Source: an uncultured Gammaproteobacteria bacterium (lineage in GTDB: Bacteria; Patescibacteriota; Patescibacteriia; Magasanikbacterales; JBBTQS01). From it: a DNA stretch of 64,000 nt. The stretch spans positions 1,565 to 65,564 of the forward strand of contig CAZVIA010000004.1 in the NCBI GenBank assembly GCA_964627525.1. The letters run 5' to 3'. Position numbers and translations under genes: made by a program. A model generated the notes under the pieces. It had not been told where the DNA came from. It saw only the letters and a program-made list of their open reading frames with translations, and made no database searches. How positions within the stretch are numbered: the stretch's first letter is position 1; every line of letters begins with the position of its first letter. Below are positions 59,773 to 64,000 of this stretch, piece after piece.

Positions 59773-62046
59773 TTAATCCTTTTTTCTGAAGAAACCACGT
59801 TTTTTATCTCTTGGTCCTGAATTGCGGTCTCCTCCGCTATTTCTGCGAGGGCCACCACCACCGCCGCCTCTGCGATCATCGCGAGGGCGAGGGGGTCTTT
59901 CTTCATAACCTTCTGGTTTAGGTAATAATGCCTTTATAGATAAGTTAACACGACCAAGATTATCAATTTCTTTTACTAGAACATCTACCTTATCACCCAT
60001 TTTTAGTTCATCTGAGGGGTGTTTTACGTGTTTCCATGCAATTTCAGAAACATGTACTAGTCCATCTTTGCCAGGCAAAAGATTAATAAAAGCACCAAAA
60101 TCTTCAATTCTCACAACTTCACCAGTATATTTTTCACCTGCTTCAACTTCTTTTACAATATTTTGCACTATTTCAACTGCTTTTTCCATTGCTTCAGCAT
60201 CATTGCTAGTAATTATTACACGACCATCTTGTTCAATATCCATTTCAACACCAGTTTCATCAATAATTCCATTGATAACTTTACCACCTTGGCCAATTAC
60301 ATCACGAATTTTTTCTGGATCAATAGGAATAGTCACAATTCTTGGTGCAAATTTAGACATTTCTTTTGCTGTAGAAATACCAGCTTCCATTTGCTCAATT
60401 ATATGCAAACGAGCTTCAAGACCTTGTTCAAAGGTTTTATTAACAATATCAGCATTAATTCCATGAGTTTTTGTATCCATTTGCATTGCAGTGATACCAT
60501 CGCGAGTTCCAGTGATTTTAAAGTCCATACCACCTTTACCATCTTCTAAGTCTTGAATATCAGTCAAAACTTTCCACTCACCAGAATCATCACTAGCCAA
60601 GCCCATTGCAACACCTGCAACGTGTTTTTTAATAGGAACACCAGCATGCATTAGTGCTAAACTTGAACCACAAGTTGAAGCCATTGAACTTGAACCATTT
60701 GACCCAAAAACTTCTGACACAACACGAATTGTATATGGGAAATCTTCTTTATCTGGGATCAATGGATCTAAAGCACGTTCAGCTAAAGCACCATGACCAA
60801 TGTCACGACGACCAGGGCCACGCATAGGTTTAGCTTCACCAACAGAAAAACCAGGGAAGTTATAATGATGCATGTATCTTTTCTTTTCATCTAACTCCAT
60901 TGTGTCTATGATTTGTTCTGCGCTTGGAGAAGCAAGTGTTGTTACAGATAAAACTTGAGTTTCACCACGCATAAACATTCCAGAACCATGTACTCTTGGA
61001 AGCAAGCCAGTTTCAACTACTAATGGGCGAACTTCTGTTAAGCTACGTCCATCAACACGTTTTTCGCTTTTTAAAATCATTTTTGTAACCTCAGCTTCTA
61101 CAAGTTGTTTGATTTTTGATTTAACATAAGAAATTAATTCTTCATCAATTTCTTGTGCTTTCAAATGTTCTGTTAGTTTTTCAGACAAAGCCTTGAAAGC
61201 TGCTTTGCGTTCAGACTTACTTGTTTTTGGAGAATCAAATAAATAAGTATCAACTACACTATGAATAAATTCTTGTGAAATTTTTTCAACATTAGCTTTT
61301 TCTTCTAATGCTTTTTTCTGTTCATCATTTAATTCAACTAAAGTTTCTGCATCGCGTTTTTCAACACCAACAGCTTTTACAACTTCATCAATTAATTCTA
61401 AAACAGGCTTAGCACTTTTGCGCGCCAAATCAATTGATTGCAAAACTGTTTCTTCAGAAGACTCTTTAGCTCCAGCTTCAACCATTGTTACTAATTCATC
61501 TGTACCAGCAACAAAAATATCAATTTCAGATTCTTTGAGCTCAGGCTGAGTTGGGTTTAAAATTAATTTGTCACCAACTTTACCAACACGAATACCAACT
61601 AATGGTCCGCTCCAAGGAATTTCTGAAATACTTAAAGCAATAGATGCAGCAATTAAACCAACTACATTAGGATCATTTTCTTTATCCCATGCCAAAATAG
61701 TGATAACTACTTGAACTTCATTACGCATTGAACTATCAAATAAAGGCCTAATTGATCGATCAATTTGACGACCAGCTAAGATTGCCTCTTCGCTAGGACG
61801 GCCTTCTCTTTTAATAAATCTAGAACCTTTGATTTTTCCAGCTGCATAATATTTTTCCTCATAATCAACCATTAAAGGGAAAAAATCAATTCCTTCACGA
61901 GTATTTTCACTCATTACAGCTGTGGCTAACACAACAGTTTCGCCATATTGTACAGTACAAGCGCCATGTGCTTGATGTGCATACCTTCCGTGCTCAACTT
62001 TGAGCTCGCGCCCTCCCCATTCTTTGGAGAAAGTTTTTATTTCCAT
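59773..62046 (-). CDS. pnp: Polyribonucleotide nucleotidyltransferase
   Basis: DFFPL, RGETQ, SNGSSSMAS, GMDFK, KH and S1 domains. Confidence 0.98.
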   Translation of the reverse strand: MEIKTFSKEWGGRELKVEHGRYAHQAHGACTVQYGETVVLATAVMSENTREGIDFFPLMVDYEEKYYAAGKIKGSRFIKREGRPSEEAILAGRQIDRSIRPLFDSSMRNEVQVVITILAWDKENDPNVVGLIAASIALSISEIPWSGPLVGIRVGKVGDKLILNPTQPELKESEIDIFVAGTDELVTMVEAGAKESSEETVLQSIDLARKSAKPVLELIDEVVKAVGVEKRDAETLVELNDEQKKALEEKANVEKISQEFIHSVVDTYLFDSPKTSKSERKAAFKALSEKLTEHLKAQEIDEELISYVKSKIKQLVEAEVTKMILKSEKRVDGRSLTEVRPLVVETGLLPRVHGSGMFMRGETQVLSVTTLASPSAEQIIDTMELDEKKRYMHHYNFPGFSVGEAKPMRGPGRRDIGHGALAERALDPLIPDKEDFPYTIRVVSEVFGSNGSSSMASTCGSSLALMHAGVPIKKHVAGVAMGLASDDSGEWKVLTDIQDLEDGKGGMDFKITGTRDGITAMQMDTKTHGINADIVNKTFEQGLEARLHIIEQMEAGISTAKEMSKFAPRIVTIPIDPEKIRDVIGQGGKVINGIIDETGVEMDIEQDGRVIITSNDAEAMEKAVEIVQNIVKEVEAGEKYTGEVVRIEDFGAFINLLPGKDGLVHVSEIAWKHVKHPSDELKMGDKVDVLVKEIDNLGRVNLSIKALLPKPEGYEERPPRPRDDRRGGGGGGPRRNSGGDRNSGPRDKKRGFFRKKD

Positions 62047-62123
62047 ATATTCTTTCTTAATTATTTCTTAAATTAATTTTTTAGTTAATAAAAAACAGGA
62101 CTTGCCTTTGCGCTTGTCCCGAG

Positions 62124-62167
62124 GTAGTGAAGTGCAAGCTTTTTGCAGTCCATATATCTCAGGGCAA
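62124..62167 (-). promoter_or_regulatory. pnp leader stem-loop
   Basis: TTGTCC-CGAGGTA..TATCTC-AGGGCAA imperfect long hairpin upstream of pnp. Confidence 0.5.
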
Positions 62168-62194
62168 ACTACGTTATTTTATTTCATCGTCATA

Positions 62195-62803
62195 TTATGT
62201 TTTTTTAGTAGTACGCCTTTTTGGTTTAGTAGTTCTACGTGTATTTTTTTGCTGACTTTTTGTGGGGTCTTTTATTAAAAACTTTTTGTGATCGTCAGAT
62301 AAGTTTGTATAACTATCTACTTCTTCAACTAAACGACTTGAAGTTGTCTCCCTAAAACTCATCACCTCAACTTGGCGTCCTTTATTTTGCAAGTACTCAA
62401 CCAAAGGTAAATAATCACCATCACCAGAAACCAAAATAATAACATCTAAAACTTCTGCCATTCTAATTGCATCAACTGTAATTCCAACGTCCCAATCTGC
62501 TTTTTTATTTCCACCAAAATAAGTTAACAAATCTCGCTCGCGAGTTTCTAAACCAAGATTATACAAAGCTTCAAAAAATGGTTTTTCTTCACCAGTTTCA
62601 GTTCTAACAACATAAGCAATCGCGCGGATCAATTTACGATCACCAACACCTTCTTTTACAATGTTTCCAAAATTTACTTTTGATCCAAATAAATTACGCG
62701 CACTATAATATAAGTTTTGTACGTCAATAAAAACACCTACACGCTGGTCAGGGTGCTTTAATGGATTTGGATCTGCAATTACTTCGTTTTTACGAGTTGT
62801 CAT
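62195..62803 (-). CDS. NYN/LabA-DUF88 domain protein
   Basis: FIDVQN, KADWDV, SGDGDY. Confidence 0.9.
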   Translation of the reverse strand: MTTRKNEVIADPNPLKHPDQRVGVFIDVQNLYYSARNLFGSKVNFGNIVKEGVGDRKLIRAIAYVVRTETGEEKPFFEALYNLGLETRERDLLTYFGGNKKADWDVGITVDAIRMAEVLDVIILVSGDGDYLPLVEYLQNKGRQVEVMSFRETTSSRLVEEVDSYTNLSDDHKKFLIKDPTKSQQKNTRRTTKPKRRTTKKT

Positions 62804-63116
62804 TTTCTTGAGCTTCAGGTTTTTCTTGTGGAAAATCTTCTAAAGTTTTTGCTTGTTTAAGTTTCAAGCGTTTAACAATATCTTCCCAAGATTTTTTGTT
62901 TTCCTGAAGTAAATAATTTAATAAACTTCGTCTTTCACCAACTTTTCGCAACAAACCACGACGAGATGAGTGATCTTTTTTATGTTGCTTTAAATGCTCA
63001 GCCAAATCATTTATCTCATAAGTGAGAAGGGCAATTTGTACTTCGCTAGATCCAGTGTCACCTTCGTGAGTCTGGAATTTTTTTATAACATTCTCCTTTT
63101 GTTTTTTAGTTAACAT
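62790..63116 (-). CDS. rpsO: 30S ribosomal protein S15
   Basis: DTGSSEVQIA, KKDHSSRRGL. Confidence 0.97.
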   Translation of the reverse strand: MLTKKQKENVIKKFQTHEGDTGSSEVQIALLTYEINDLAEHLKQHKKDHSSRRGLLRKVGERRSLLNYLLQENKKSWEDIVKRLKLKQAKTLEDFPQEKPEAQENDNS

Positions 63117-63190
63117 ATTTGTGCATTATATTCACCAAGGAAGTGCAACGCACTCATCGCGTTCCTCGGACCTTTCGGTTGATTTATGCG
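63117..63190 (-). promoter_or_regulatory. Structured rpsO leader (candidate S15 autoregulatory RNA)
   Basis: ACC-GAAA-GGT hairpin plus CCGAGGAA/TTCCTTGG helix behind a TTGACA-17-TATAGT promoter. Confidence 0.6.
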
Positions 63191-63254
63191 CTTACTATAA
63201 CAAAAACAAGCTAATCTGTCAATAGACTAGCTTGTTTTGCTTTATTTTAGGGGT

Positions 63255-63545
63255 TTAAGCTTGTTTTTCAGCGTCAACAGTAGCTTGTCCTTCAGCTAAT
63301 TCTGCTTCAAGATCCACTGTTTTTTCAGCTTCTTCCTTATTTCTTGCTGATTCTCTTTCAGCCGCAGCTTCATTTTTGTCAAAAGTAGCTTGTCCTTCAG
63401 CCATTTCAGCTTTAAATTCTTTTTTAGAAAGAGATCCTTCTGCTTCTACTTTAGCTTTTTCTTCAGCTAGAGTAGCTTGCAATTCTTCTTCTGTAATCAC
63501 CTCATTAGGTACTCGTTTTTTTTCTCCACCAAATAATCCAAACAT
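63255..63545 (-). CDS. Small acidic helical protein with internal repeat
   Basis: AEMAEGQATFD / AELAEGQATVD repeat; MFGLFGG N-terminus. Confidence 0.7.
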   Translation of the reverse strand: MFGLFGGEKKRVPNEVITEEELQATLAEEKAKVEAEGSLSKKEFKAEMAEGQATFDKNEAAAERESARNKEEAEKTVDLEAELAEGQATVDAEKQA

Positions 63546-63681
63546 ATATTTTATTAGTTAAATAGTCATTTATTGACTTAATTATTTATAAATAAATACT
63601 ATCACAGGTTGGCACTTGACAGCAAGTCTAATTTATACTATTATGAATAGCCAACAATTTGGCAAAGGAGGGAAGAAGGAA

Positions 63682-64000
63682 ATGGGTAAGCTACTTCAGT
63701 TTAGATCAAAAAAAGATACCACCCCAACAAAGGGGTGTAAAAACAATGATCTTGCAGATATTAGACACCGGTATAATGTTCAACAGTGGAGAGAATATCT
63801 TTCAATGGCAGGGTGGCTAAGTTCACGCCCAAAAGGAGATGTAGCACAGTTGCACTTTGCTGGTTTTCGTAAGTTAAGACATGCTTTTGGTTTTGGTCAT
63901 TACCTGATTGGATATACCCGATGGGTGCTTGAGGTAATTATTGGTTTTCCAGATGACGCACCCCCAAAGTACATCATTGATGCAAATGCTTTGCTTTGGG
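63682..64000 (+). CDS. Hypothetical protein, runs off window end
   Basis: Open frame MGKLLQFRSKK.. to 64000; AAGGAGG SD; TTGACA-17-TATTAT at 63616-63644. Confidence 0.65.
   Translation, partial: MGKLLQFRSKKDTTPTKGCKNNDLADIRHRYNVQQWREYLSMAGWLSSRPKGDVAQLHFAGFRKLRHAFGFGHYLIGYTRWVLEVIIGFPDDAPPKYIIDANALLW

Noticed and set aside
1-64000. CRISPR array, rRNA, tmRNA, RNase P RNA, transposase or integrase, and additional DGR targets
   Set aside because: None seen by eye; no other ORF ends in a TR-like sequence in this window

Overview
AT-rich chromosomal window around the replication origin (yidD-rnpA-rpmH-dnaA-oriC-dnaN). Gene content and order (stand-alone rpoBC, S6 with an acidic tail, H+-PPase, a compact tkt-pfkB-fba block, TGA used as stop) suggest a small-genome Patescibacteria/CPR bacterium; this is inference, not searched. 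Most of the window is housekeeping genes, plus three tRNAs (Cys, Arg, Ala). The main accessory feature is a diversity-generating retroelement (DGR) at about 22.2-24.5 kb. Its template and variable repeats (130 bp) differ at 13 positions, 11 of them TR adenines. Its avd gene lies antisense between TR and RT and overlaps the RT start codon, and the RT has lost its catalytic core by internal deletion. Also noted: several promoter-driven structured non-coding RNA candidates, a MITE-like element, an internally deleted RelE toxin, a second DnaA-box cluster, and strong Shine-Dalgarno sites on orphan genes but not on the core genes inspected. All alignments and folds were done by eye.
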